From Tubulanus polymorphus (Eukaryota; Animalia; Nemertea): a stretch of DNA of 64,000 nucleotides. The stretch lies in assembly GCF_964204645.1 (NCBI RefSeq), contig NC_134027.1, positions 3,752,485 to 3,816,484 on the forward strand, in the 5' to 3' direction. The notes below the pieces were generated by a model that ran no database searches, was not told the DNA's origin, and saw nothing but the letters and a program-made list of their open reading frames with translations. Made by a program: the position numbers and the translations under genes. Positions 1 through 12,837 of this stretch are shown one piece after another (the stretch's first letter is position 1; the number at the start of each line of letters is the position of its first letter).

Positions 1-229
1 CCCGCTGTTTCTCGGGAAACGCGTTAGAAATTCCTTATCGCATTTGAAATGAATATCGACGATGAAAGTGGACGAGGCAATAACCGTATTGGAAAAATAA
101 AAATACATCTTTTTATTCGCGCAAAGCTGTATACATATAAGATACAATACAGATTAATGTTTTATTCATGCGCAATAGTGCACTTTATTGATGTAGGATG
201 CGGCTGGGCGAGTTTGCTTAAAGCTTTGG

Positions 230-900
230 TGTCTTTAACTTGGCGAACTATCAAGCCAAGTAATCAAGATTCCTTGTATCGAAGGCTCAAGGAGGTAATG
301 CTACTTTTGAAATATGTGAGACCGAAGTATAAAGAAAGGATTCAGGACTGGTGTAAAATACACGTATATATCTTCTAACCGTGATGGAGATGTCAATCCC
401 GGATATACAGTGAACTAAGCAACACGATCTATGATCAAAGACCAACAGCCAGATTAAGGGGTATCCTTAGCAGTTTAGTGCAGCTGATATGCTTCGAGGT
501 AAATGCGTGGGAAAACTTCTTCAGATCCAAAAATCATTAATCAGTGGCCTTAGTCCTCTCCAAATCTAAGAACAGCCGATGGCTGAAGGACAATCCTTTC
601 ATTAATGAAACCAGGCTATTAGCTGGCTACTTTCAAGGTTAAGAAAGGTAAAATTCCCCTGATATACATTTTCCATTCACCGTTGTCAGTCCTATTACCT
701 CTTCGTCCATTTATCTCAATGCCCAAATGTGGGTTTAGGGTGACCAGTGGGTGTTATAAACTTGCTGTTCCACATTCTTTATATAGCGAGTCATCTGCAC
801 CGATGCCATTACTTTTATAATTACTGTGTCCTGTAGATTGTGTTTCATCCGAGCTGACTAAAATCACCCTTTTGCATTTGATTTCACATTTTCATATTGA
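230..900 (-). pseudogene. Heavily decayed class A GPCR relic, possibly LGR/GRL101-like (TM5-TM7 region)
   Basis: Frameshifted minus-strand fragments read TKLLRIPL...SGIDISITVRRYIRVF / TPVLNPF / FLYT. This resembles the TM6-TM7 WIAVFVLPxNSxLNPFLYT region of relaxin-receptor-like GPCRs. Many stops; boundaries approximate. Confidence 0.3.
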
Positions 901-3900
901 ATGGGTTATTGTGTTTCCGCGTTGGAAAGATTGACAACTGTAAAGACTGCCCTTTATAGCACTCAATGTAGGGATAATGTGTTTACTTATAGTTCATAGA
1001 GAGCCATCCTCTAATGATATCCGACTTGTATATAAAATACGCCATAAACAATAGTTTGAACAGCAAGGAATACATCTCATCCCGAAATTGTAGATAAATC
1101 TAAAACGATTCGTGCTGATCGTAGTGACACGACATTTACGACTGGCAAAATGTCACGATTGATAATGACGACAAAATAGGGCCGATTGGGAATGCTTCTG
1201 CTACGCGCAATAACGTAAAAATTCACGCACTTCGTCAACCCGATCAAGAATAGTCTTTTATTGAGTTATCAACTACGACGATAATGCGGGCAGACAGAAC
1301 GAATGATGTTGTCATAAAAACCTAAGAATGTTCAATGCATAGAAACGCTTTGTACTTTCCTCACGGGACCGGTCGCGGTGTGTAAGGTTTACGATCGTCA
1401 GGAATGATTATCATCCGCGATGGAAATTTATTCCGACGTATTTACAAACAACTTAAATAAGGTCCCGTTTGACGTAAAGTACTTCCGGACAACCGCTGGT
1501 CGATCGATCGAAGATATAAAAACATTCGGACCGTATTGAATCTAGTCATACGGATAACGAATCCAATCTAAGCGGATCGTACTTTAATCAATCTTTCTGA
1601 TGAAACTTTATAAGAAGTACCAGTTTACTTTAGATGCTTGTCAATAATGAATCGGAACTTATGAACTTTTGCCATTTTATAACATGCGGGAAATTATAGG
1701 AGGACGTTTACGATCTATTATAGAACACAATGTTGATTATTTCGCCTAATCAGTTGAAATCTACTAAATCGCGCTCGAGGCAATGCGTCGCGTCCATCAA
1801 TTACCAAACATGTTGATTTCCGTCACATGTTCATTTGCCTGAAACTATTCGTGTTTTAGTCGGTGTCCATTTGCTACGGAAGGTTCTCGGCATTTACAGC
1901 CGGAAACAAAATGGTTTTATCTCGTCACAATTAGTCGGTGAATCGACCGCATCTAATTACCCGCCAGATCGTGGGCCAAATTGAATACAGCCGGTGCTAA
2001 CTGTGCCAATTACAACACATTGGTATTTTTGAGGACGTCAATGCGCACTCGTCGCTGACTAGCACGGACTGCGTACACCTAGCCACTGTCAAGATTAATC
2101 ATATGCTTCCTGAATAGAAAAAGACATACAACTCTGGCCTGGCAAATAACTACGAATTATAACTACGTAAGGAGGACTGTATCGATCGTTGCACAGGGAT
2201 GTTTTGATACGCCTCTGAAATCAGAATGTCTTCTCAGAGGAAGGATCTAAACGGCTGCACACACTGCCGCCAGGATTAGGCCTACTTTGATACAGATATC
2301 ATATAAAAACATTATCATTTCTATTACTTATGAATCATTTACTTTCAAAAAGGGCTTAGGCCTGTATACAGATAGCCTCTTAAAACGCAATCAAACATCG
2401 CGCATCTTCATCCTACACTGACTGATATGCAGACGACCAAGTATGACGTGCTAAGTGAATTAAATATTAAGTAGCAAAAACGACCGCTTCGCATGGATCG
2501 AACACCTCTAGGACACATACATATATTCTTTATTTCATTAAATATCGATATGTGATTCATAAAACACTCTAAGGATGAATGAAGAATGAATTAATGGGAA
2601 ATACATTCGACACGAGCCGGAATATGATTTTCGTTGTTGCCTGTATAAGATCGTAAATCGGTAATTTGTGTTAATATTTTTGAGAGCTGATCCTCGAGGG
2701 GTCCGTACTTATTAGTCATGGTAACGCACGCGTGAATCCCATAATAACAAATATTAATAACGAAAATTGCCTTCCTGGCGCCAGGCAATGGCCTCTCATA
2801 AAAATTTACGCTTATGGCGATAATGTTTGTTATGGGGCCCTCGTGCATAATTTCCACCAATAACGCAAGCACAGCGCGGCCATTCAAATATATTTTTGAA
2901 AATTGACAATCGGTTTAGAAATATACACGCATGCCGTAAAAATGCAATAAAATACAATGAATATTACATTCGTTTTAAGCATTCATCTTCTACAATTTCG
3001 TATGATCTAATAATAGCCATAAACACACTCTGTAGTAAAGCCTAGTAAAGACGCACGAAGCCTCGTAAAATATAACTGAAAACGATCAGTAATCTTTCAC
3101 ATCATACGTAATGCTATCTGAATTCTGGCTTCTCTTCGTGTGTATTAAAGCGATCAGTTCTTAATCGCTTTTCAGAAGCGTTGGCAAAAAACGAGGGTTG
3201 TTCGAAATATGGTTAAAGATGACGTCTGATGTTGATTCGTTGCCATTTATTACACATTTCTGATATCCACGCTCCGTGAGAAATGGAAAACGACGAGCTT
3301 TGTTTGAAGCAAAATAAACAAGACATGTAGTTGATTGATAAAGGTCATTTATTAGTATAAATGACTGGTGAGACTAAGTTTATTACAAAAGTGTTGCAAA
3401 TTGAAACATACATGTATATATTTTGCGAAAAGTTTGGCCAAAAAATCGCCAAATAATTAATCATATGATGTGACAACATTCAACAATAAATACACCCAAT
3501 ACGAATGTATACAAATTTTCACATAAGAAAAGGGGAGGGAATTAAGGGTGGGATATTGAATTGAAGTCAGTGAAAATAACGAAGTATCCTACTCGTGTAT
3601 ATCCGAGGGAATGCTTAGCCACGTTGTCAGGAGGGGCGGAGGCAAGGAGTAACTGACAACTGATAAGTAACACGTGACTCCGCGTGATCTCACAAAATAT
3701 TTTATTCTCTACAAAAATAAAACTCATTTCTGATTCAAGTTAACAATCATCGATTTTATGTATAGTCACCTTCCTCTAATTAGCTTTTTATGATAAACTG
3801 CGAAAGAAAGAAACGATTTTCACTTGAAGAAAATGTTCACCATTAGCATGTTTAGGAACGTTAGGAATAATGATAGAGGGAAACGGTAGGTTGGCTGTAG

Positions 3901-6900
3901 ATGAATCTATTCATTTTATAGCCCATGAAATGAATAAAGTACTCGAAAACGATTCGAAAAACGGCTGGGAAAATAAACTTCGCGCTCAATATGTTCTACA
4001 TTTACGCGTTAATTAAGTCTAAAATAAACATCGATTTTATTAAAAACCTAGTATGAATAGGGCAGAAGAAGGCTATATCAACTTTCGCAAGAATTCCGTC
4101 GTTGCAAACAATGCCACCGACGGAGATATATCATTTTGATGATAAACCGTCGATTAACGGCTGAGAATACTGTGCAAATTAACCATACTTCGACGAAACC
4201 ATTAGTTGATTCGGAAACCGAGATACTTCGGCACGAAAATTTAGTTTCACGCTTCCATATCCGTGTATGACTGACTCTAGGAGTGAATACGTGAACAAAT
4301 GGTTTCAAGTTTCGATTACGGCCTTTTGCGATTCGATGCACGTATGGGAAATCGTTGGTACATCTTCAATCCAATTTCTATACAGGGCGCTATCACCTTC
4401 CGGTCTAGGAGAAGTAAGCATCGGGCGACGAACCAAAAAATAATTTTGATACGTGTAAATCAGTGATTCGGTTATAATCGTATATTCACATACACACAAA
4501 TCGTGGTCTAGTTCTGTGCATTCGCCCGGTATCCAGTACACGACGAAATCCCTCTTGATGATCAGGCTCCGGCAAAACCATATACACGTCGTCATATTGC
4601 TCTGAGCATTTGCGCTTTGTCTAGCGAAACAATGAGTCGTTCACCAAATACACTTTACGAGGGGGAGAAACGCAGAATGCAACTCTGCGAGGGTATTATG
4701 TGTCAAATATCAACGTTTGTCCATTAGGGAAAGACGTCGGAAAAAATTGGTCATCTGCTATCAGTATTTGATCCTGTTTCGTATCGCGGCAACGAATTTA
4801 TGGACGTTCCATGCGTTGTGCATTTGCATGTTATTTGTTTCGGTGGTTTCATTTTGCAGCATTGATCGGGCCACCAGGCTGGTATGGCTTCAGTGAACAG
4901 TCGAGTGTCAGTTCTTTCATCCAAATGTAAACAATCAGTTAAACGACGATTGCTACATGTATGTGATGGTGCTTTTGAAACGTCGAGCTACGACTCTTGA
5001 CACTGCGACTCAAAAAACAACTGTAGAGCTTTTATGCATCGAACGCAATTGCATAAGTGTACATGATATTAAATTCATTTAATTCGAGTCCTAATATGTA
5101 TGATATTTGACACATATTTCATGAGAATGGCATTCTATCATTCGTACATCTTGATTTGTTCACTCGTCGAGTTCACAATTCGATCACTCATTTTAAAACT
5201 CGTTATCAAGCTACTATTTTCAAGGCGCGCGAGCTTATCACCACACGGGCGAATATCTCTTCAATGCGGATTTATTTAAAGCCGGTTTTATCGAAGATAG
5301 AATTCAGCAACTGGCGTTCAGTTTTAATTGACTGTAACAATAATTTATGGGCGGTGACAGTGTTTGAGATGAACATGTTGAGTTGCGATCAATTGTCTCG
5401 TCGCATAATGAGAAGAAGTTCACTCATCTCATGTAATCCAGCAGATTCTTGACTTCTCACTTTACGTTGACGAGTTGATACTACGTGATCTGGGGCTGAA
5501 GTTGAATATACACGCGGAGCAGTCTTCGCTGTTGACACGGCGCAGTGCACTACAAAACTTCGAAACAGTATTCAATATAGGTTTTAAGTGAAGAGTACCA
5601 TCGAATGCACCTGTGTCGCTAAAAATAATTATTGGCTTCTCGACTCGAAATTCAAGGGCAATTAATATCGTTAGTCGATAGTCATTTTGTATGAGTACGC
5701 GGACTGAATTAGCAAATGTATGAAATGTTAAGATTAACGCCATGAAAAACAAAATACAAAGAATAAATTGATTTCGTCGGTTGAATTCTTATTGTGACGA
5801 ATTCACAACTTATTGCTTCGTCAAATTATACTCATTTCAGAGCCGAATCGATTACTGATGAATATGTGCTTAGGATCGATGATGGTCGTTAACAGAATTC
5901 TTTTTTCTTTGCTTTGTTGACAACAGATCTACGCCTTTGTAATTCTCATTATTCCATTGTCGGAAATTGAAGTTCTCTCCTCTCATTTTCCACGGGATAC
6001 TTCCATACTTACTGTCCGACATCCCCAGGTGAATTATGAGTTTCATTATACCATAGACACATAACGGCAAAATTGATTATTCCATTTGAAATTGGCACGG
6101 TAAAGAATTCCCCAAGCTACTGGTAAAATATCATATAGAGACAGCCTGAAGTAGGATCATCCATTTCTAAATTTATACTTTTCGCCTCTCGCCGGTAAAC
6201 CTCGTCATTCAGAACCTCAGTCACGCACTACATAGATTCAGAGGTATTTCCGTTGCTATTTGAAATGAATTCAAACACGAACGGTTTGAAAAAAATAAGA
6301 AACGATGAATATAAAATTCTCGTGGGGGAATAAGACGTCACTCATCAATAGATTACGAACTTGACAGATGTTCGCCTTCAGATACGCAACACGAAACAAC
6401 ACCTCGCTATCGCAGGCTATTAGTCTGCGCAACATTTCTAAAAAGGTATAAATTTCAGTACGAATGGAAATATCGATAGATAGGCGCTCTTCAACTGAGA
6501 TTCCGTTGTGAAGTGACTGTAGTGTCATCCGTTCCATACTCCATACTAGAACAATATGAATAATCAAAACGAAAAGTATAATGCATTCATACCATGGTCA
6601 TCATTTCTCTGCTCAACATGTAATCCATCGGAACAAATCGACGTGAACTATGGAATTGTTTATTCATAAGAAAATTCCCATTAAAAGAATTGTGAATCTG
6701 CCATCGAATTGAGGCTTAATTGAATCTTATCTCTGCTCGCGCAGAAAAAAATGCAGCGAGGATTATCGGGCATCTTTGGTGAATAATGAATGGAACGAAG
6801 CCATTAAAAAAGTGATATTCCGCTTCATTGAGGCATCTATACAAACCAATTATTAGCACGCAGTCTTGTGAAATGGAAAATCCTTTCTTTGCTACAAAAA

Positions 6901-7445
6901 ACCGTGTCGTTTGTATAATTGACGCCAGAACGTGATATTCATTTGCCCAATCAACATTACCTTACATACTTTTATCCCATGATATCCCATACATACACGT
7001 CGACCATTGTTTCTGTTTCCTTGATTTGATAGTGAATCTTTATCTTATTATTGTTATTATTATTATTATCATTATAGGCTGTTGATGAAGATCGCCATTA
7101 ATTGATAATCAGAAGCGGCGGATAATCTACCAGCACATTCAATTACGAACCATCGATAGCTTTTCGTGTCGGTTTCTTTCTAAGCCCGAGGCTACGAAAT
7201 GCCTGTTCATTTCATTTCCTAAAAGGCTGTCGGAATATGTGTACGTAAATCGAACACGTCGATGGGGCACAATGTCTAAGTCGCTGAGGTTCGCGAGAAA
7301 CATTGTTCATTCAGTGGAAGATTTTATCTGAAAGCTAGTGAGTGCATCGCGTCTGGCAAAGTTGTGATGATCAATACTTAATGATATTTAGTTGTATACG
7401 GATTTTTGTAGGAACTTCAATAGTGAATACAGAAGCAGAAATAAT

Positions 7446-8618
7446 ATGGCAGTAATACACAACTCAACTTACACCGGATTTTCGAACAAAACTGACCTCG
7501 ATGACGGCGAAGGATCCGCCAATGAGCATCGCCTTTACGAGACTATATTGAATACGTATCTAACGCCGATGGTTTGCGCTTTTGGAATTATCGGTAACCT
7601 GCTGAATCTGATCGTACTGACGAGAAAACGTTTTACCAAATCGATGGAAACAATGGAACGCACGGCGCAGCTTTGCTTGACGGCATTAGCCGGCTCCGAT
7701 TTGATAATTTGCTCGATGACTTTTCCGGGGGCAGTTTTGCCCCAAAAATGGCTTTACGAAGAACGTTCGTTTGGATTGTATTTTAGCGTGTATAGCGGCG
7801 GGTTGATTAATGCTTTCGTGTTGTTTAGCACGTGGTTGACTGTTGTAATGACGATCGAGCGGTACATAGTCGTCTGTCATCCGCTACACGCCAGGAGCAT
7901 CGTCGGTATAAAACGCACTGTCCGAGCGGTGGTGATCGTGCTCGTTTTATCAATAGGCGTCAATTTACCGAGGTTTTGGATGACGGAAATTATAGACGTG
8001 AAATGCGATAAATTCTCCGAAGCGCCGTCGAACACGAATCAAACCTGCTACATCACCAAACCGTCGTCGCTGGAAAAGAACGTAAAATTCATCTATGCAT
8101 ATCGAGGAGTTTATTTCGTGTTGGGATTCTGCATTCCTTTGATAACTTTGATATTCTGTAACTGTAATCTGATCCGCGCGCTAACGAGATCCTCGCAGCT
8201 ACAGAGACGTCATTCGGCCCAAGTGTCCTACAGAACTAACAGAAGTAAAGATCGTCTTACGGTAACGCTGATCGCTATCATTACCCTGTTTTGCGTGCTC
8301 GTATCGCCGTCAGAAATTCGCGGTTTCATTTCGAGTATGGCGGATATAAGGAAGGATTATTCGCGATACCAGTCCATCATAACCGCCGGCTACGTCACTA
8401 ACTTCGCACTGATGATAAACTTTTCGATGAATTTTGTACTTTACTGCGCGGTTAACTATACGTTCAGAAAAACTATGAAAAGCATGTTATTTTCTTGTAT
8501 ATACGGTACTGAAAAATCTAACGGCACTCGCCATCAGAATGGGAGCGTACGCGATCGCAGCACCAATTACGACCACCTTACGATGTCTGTATCTACACCT
8601 ATCGTTGACGATTGCTGA
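7446..8618 (+). CDS. Class A GPCR, FMRFamide/sex-peptide-receptor-like neuropeptide receptor family; single coding exon
   Basis: Seven hydrophobic segments with GIIGNLLN (TM1), LAGSD (TM2), MTIERYIVVCHPL (TM3), NLPRFW (TM4), FCIP (TM5) and INFSMNFVLYC (TM7). The first in-frame ATG is at 7446, after a splice-acceptor-like TTTTGTAG ending at 7411. The ORF-track TTG start was not used. Confidence 0.93.
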   Translation: MAVIHNSTYTGFSNKTDLDDGEGSANEHRLYETILNTYLTPMVCAFGIIGNLLNLIVLTRKRFTKSMETMERTAQLCLTALAGSDLIICSMTFPGAVLPQKWLYEERSFGLYFSVYSGGLINAFVLFSTWLTVVMTIERYIVVCHPLHARSIVGIKRTVRAVVIVLVLSIGVNLPRFWMTEIIDVKCDKFSEAPSNTNQTCYITKPSSLEKNVKFIYAYRGVYFVLGFCIPLITLIFCNCNLIRALTRSSQLQRRHSAQVSYRTNRSKDRLTVTLIAIITLFCVLVSPSEIRGFISSMADIRKDYSRYQSIITAGYVTNFALMINFSMNFVLYCAVNYTFRKTMKSMLFSCIYGTEKSNGTRHQNGSVRDRSTNYDHLTMSVSTPIVDDC

Positions 8619-9460
8619 ATAATATCGAACTGCATTCAGGAAATATAATTTACACCGGGAGTTTGTCCGATCGGAAAATGATTTTAAATGTACTAACAGT
8701 TATTAAACATATTTTGATGAATTTTGTTTGTTCGTGGAAATAGAAATTAAACGTATATGGTTATACTGTGATGTTTGTTCCTTTTATATGAGTCCGATAT
8801 TCATCTACGGCCAGGCAGTCCCGATGATAATTTCGAGTATAAAAGTCAATCGTACCATGAAATGATTCCCCATTGGATCCAATTAGTGACATTTCCGGGT
8901 TTTTTACATGTACGTATTGGTGATCATTATGTGGTGGTGAGTTGATCAGTTCTCCCAAATGCAATGTTTGATCACGAAATACAGCTTAAGAATAGCCGTG
9001 TTACGTCAATAGCAACTGATCTGTTAGATATTATGCAATGTGACCTCTGAAGAACCCTGGACCAGAAACATCGAATCTCTATGAATGTATGAAAAGCAAT
9101 CTCGATGAAAGCGTCGCGTTCATAATTGTGTTTCTCTTTGGAACACGATTAAACAAGCATAGCCGAATCAAGTGCAAATCGTATATTAAAAGAAACGATC
9201 GCAAATAACAGTATCACGTTAGTCGAATGAACACTTTACTTCGTGAAAAAGTCCAATAAAATATATTGATGCGGTAAGATTTTAAAGATTTCAAAACGAA
9301 ACCACAATGTTTCGGCTGTTAGCTAACAGTTGCGGAAACGGTATGGTTTTATTTAATCTTCGAAATTTCATCTAATGAAATTCTACAGAGTGACTTTTAA
9401 CCTACAGTGTTGACACCTTGTTATCGTTTAAAATTATCACGCCGAGTACAAAGCATTAAT

Positions 9461-9506
9461 TCAATTTATTAAGTCATTGTACGTCAATTTATTAAGTCAT
9501 TGTACG
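9461..9506. repeat. Perfect 23-bp tandem duplication (TCAATTTATTAAGTCATTGTACG x2)
   Basis: Read directly from the sequence. Confidence 0.9.
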
Positions 9507-10589
9507 TTCAAAACGTAGTTGTTTAATTTACGGACACAAAATCTGCGCTTCGTTCATGTTGGTATTATCAGATTTTATCAACATGCAATATACAGTCTAC
9601 CGAACACATAAAGCTAATCTAACGCGGCGCCTTTTCGCAAAAGATGTACCCGATTCACCCTATTTCTGCTTAAGTAATTAATTCAATTAACACCTGATAA
9701 CAGGCGAAATTCCCTCCAGTACCTGTTCTAATTTTCCCCTTACAGAAATACTCATGTTTCAGTTGTAGATCTATACGTGTGAGGCAAGCATTCTATCAAT
9801 TTATTTTGCCCATTTCATGCATCTTTTATACATGTAGAGATTTGTCTAAATAGCGACGGAATATAAAATCACGTGCAGCTCCTTTTTCTACAATTATTCA
9901 TTCAAATTTATGCTAATTATTTGGTGATTCAAAACATACGTCCTTTATTCAAGCAGTCGTTTTCATTTAATTTTATGTTAATTTCAATGAATTTCAGCGA
10001 GGAATTTTTCGAATGCTCGAAATTATTCCCAAACAGCATCGCGATCGATCGGAAGGAAATATGTTCAATCATATCGAGTTCATATGATTGAGAGTTTTGA
10101 GATTTTCCGAAAAAACTGGGGAATTGAAGTTGGTGAAAATCTGAAGTGTATAAACAAGACTTTCAGGCTTATGATGTAGCGACAGCCAATATATCTTAGA
10201 GTCTCCTAGGTTTATAGAAACATAGTTGCAAAATAACATTTAGAAAGTTGATGTATAGGCGCTGCGATCTCCACAAAATCAGACGTTTATACCGCAATAG
10301 ACACCAGGATGATTCTGATTTATTCCTGCTTATGTTCAATGTAATAAATGGCTCCAACGTATTTTCATTAAGCTGTTTCTATGACGCGTGGTACAGCGGC
10401 TTGACGAGTGGTTGTTTTTTCAGTCATATTCATACAACGTTCTCGTTGTCGCTCTCTTGCTGCCCGCGCGGATTTGTGCCATTGTTTTCTCGGGTATTTA
10501 TTCATCTGGTAATTTAGCTCAAAGTCCACTAGTGAGATGATAATTAGGCATTGGTGGCATTTGAGGTTGTATTCAGAAAGAACAGAATC

Positions 10590-10779
10590 ATGATGAGAAA
10601 CCATTGTTATTAGTGCTGACACCTTGCGCGTCTGTGACCGTTTCGTGGAAACACAACGCCCGTTTCCGCACCCGCACCTACCTACACGTCCGCGTCCGCT
10701 TCCGCACCCGCACCAGCAACCACGTCCGCACCCGCTCCCACACCCACGCCCACCTCGTGGAAAAGAATCGATAAAATGA
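10590..10779 (+). pseudogene. Candidate proline-rich (Pro/His/Arg) peptide precursor with a frameshifted leader
   Basis: Frame 10597-10779 reads ...FVETQRPFPHPHLPTRPRPLPHPHQQPRPHPLPHPRPPRGKESIK*. The upstream ATGATG (10590) and a hydrophobic KPLLLVLT stretch lie in other frames. An acceptor-like TATTCAG lies just upstream. Confidence 0.35.
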
Positions 10780-11934
10780 ATAGAAATGGAAATTGGAAAC
10801 TAGCCTACTAGTAGTCAAATAATTCATGCATTTCCATGTAGAACATCTCTTAAAGAAACGCCTGATGAACAATCTACATCATGCGACATTGACAAGACGA
10901 GCCGTACAGCCCAGTTGGACCAGCAAAAATAAATCATTGCAAAAATAACACAATGATTAATCTGAAACCATACAACATATAATATATATATATATACTAT
11001 TCAATATTAAGCTAGCCACACATCTCTTTAATAAAATTTAAATCGACCAGGAAATCACTATCTTTGTCTTCATTCTTATTTCTTGCTGTGAACCATTTTC
11101 TGGAGATTTGACCATCGTAAGTTATCAGGCGTATCTTCACCCTGTAATTTGAAAATTCAATAAGTACATATTTGCATCAATGACCGATCGAAGAAAATTC
11201 GATGAATTTGTTCGTGTTGTAAACTAAGATGATATAAGATAAAATCCGAGTATCCGATATTTCTGATGACCATCATAACGACGAAAACTGAAATATATCC
11301 ACTCAAGGAAACTTTTCGAAACTTTTCATTTTTCTTATATTACAGTTTCGATGAAATGCATCACAGTTTTCCTTTCAGTGAATGTGGTAGCGTACTGGCC
11401 GGTTGGCAGGCTAGCCGCAGAGAAAAACAATCTACAAGACCTTAGACTCCGTTAGATAAAGGTGATTTGGACATTTTGAATGATAACACGATTCTCCTTC
11501 ACATTACAAAATATGAACAACAACAAAAAAAAAACAATGAGTCAAGAGTGTGTCAATCAATACACCATTTACTACTGTCCTGATAAATCAAATTTAATAA
11601 TTCAGTTATCGAGAAAAAATATATTAAAATCGGCCTGCGTAACGCTATGGTGATAGAAAATTGTGAGCATCAACATGGATTTAACACAGTGATAACCTAA
11701 CATTTCATATCGAATTTTCGCATTCAGAATGAATATTCAATAGTAGCACCGTATTAAATTATCAAGTTTTACTTCGAGAATTGTGTTTTACTTGTATAGA
11801 AAGTTATGGTTTCGGAGAAGATTCTGCGCGATAATCTCGTCATAAGCCACATGAATAGAGTCGTATTGTTTGATATCAAAATCACAATCAAAGGTCCGTA
11901 GGATCGAAGTTTCGATAATTGTTTATTCAACTTT

Positions 11935-12837
11935 TTAATCGATTTTGCGTCCGTTAGTGATGGAATTTTTTGCTGACCGTCGCTCGCGATGCACTCGTTC
12001 AAATTTCAACAGCTCCTCGCTCTTGTAACCACCTGCCCTTGTTCCCGGCCAGTACGATTTGAACAGGCGGTCCCAGTGCGTCATGTATGGTTGAAAATTG
12101 GTCATAGGCTTCATGTGATGCATGTCGTGTTGTATGGCGCCTCCCCACAGTCCAAATGGTATCCATTTGTGGCCACCGAATGGAAAATCGAATCCGTGAT
12201 GTGCCTCTACACTGATGACAATGTTGAGGTAGTTCCAGATCCAAGTAGTAAGCGGATGACATTTGAATATCCACGGATTGACGGTCGTGAAGAAGCCGAC
12301 TGTAATAAGCTCCCACGGGTGTAGATACTGCGTCACCCAGCTGAATGGCGAGTTGTACTGATGATGCAAACTGTGGAAGCATTTGTACAAGAAACGCGAT
12401 TTATGATGCATCATGTGCCACACGAAATATTGAAAGTCAAATATTATAAGCATAGCTATCATTTGCCAGGTGAACTCCCACATGCTCGGCGCGGTCGGCG
12501 GTAACGGCGTGGGTGGGGTCCAAAGATACTGCGCAATAGTTGCTGGTAGAATGTACAATACTTGGTTCCACGCCGTTTGAATAACTGCCTTCATGACCAA
12601 CGGAGCGGTAACTTCTTTCTCTGGTTGTATTTTGTACTTTTGGATCCATTGCCAGTTTTTTCCGTATAAATCGACGACGGTGAACGGTAGAATGCAGATG
12701 AAATAGAAAGTTACCGACGACAGAACCGGCCACAGAGGTGAACGTAGAACATCCTCCCAACCGAATCGCAAGTCCCATAGAGTTTGCAATGGATTATACG
12801 CAACAGCCTCACGAAAGGTCTCAGTTATATTCTCCAT
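11935..12837 (-). CDS. CH25H-like: Cholesterol 25-hydroxylase-like protein (fatty acid hydroxylase/sterol desaturase superfamily), intronless
   Basis: His boxes WHMMHH, HSLHH, EAHH and HDMHH, plus KYKIQP, QYLHPWE and TNFQPYMTHWDRLF, typical of the CH25H/MSMO1 family. ATG at 12837 (MENITETF). Confidence 0.9.
   Translation of the reverse strand: MENITETFREAVAYNPLQTLWDLRFGWEDVLRSPLWPVLSSVTFYFICILPFTVVDLYGKNWQWIQKYKIQPEKEVTAPLVMKAVIQTAWNQVLYILPATIAQYLWTPPTPLPPTAPSMWEFTWQMIAMLIIFDFQYFVWHMMHHKSRFLYKCFHSLHHQYNSPFSWVTQYLHPWELITVGFFTTVNPWIFKCHPLTTWIWNYLNIVISVEAHHGFDFPFGGHKWIPFGLWGGAIQHDMHHMKPMTNFQPYMTHWDRLFKSYWPGTRAGGYKSEELLKFERVHRERRSAKNSITNGRKID

Noticed and set aside
7392-7445. TTG/GTG start codons used by the ORF track (also at 12882, 24039 and 51448)
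   Set aside because: The sequence is eukaryotic, so the first in-frame ATGs were used.
9047-9072. CTGAAGA...GAAAC hammerhead-like spacing
   Set aside because: No credible stem II between the two core boxes.
10368-10872. Minus-strand Gly/Cys/Arg-rich or RVR-rich reading of the GC-rich island as a metallothionein- or defensin-like gene
   Set aside because: No start or signal peptide and only a weak GAG acceptor. Kept only as a caveat to the plus-strand Pro-rich interpretation.
11989-12778. Overlapping alternative-frame and antisense ORFs within the CH25H-like gene
   Set aside because: Shadows of a GC-richer coding region.
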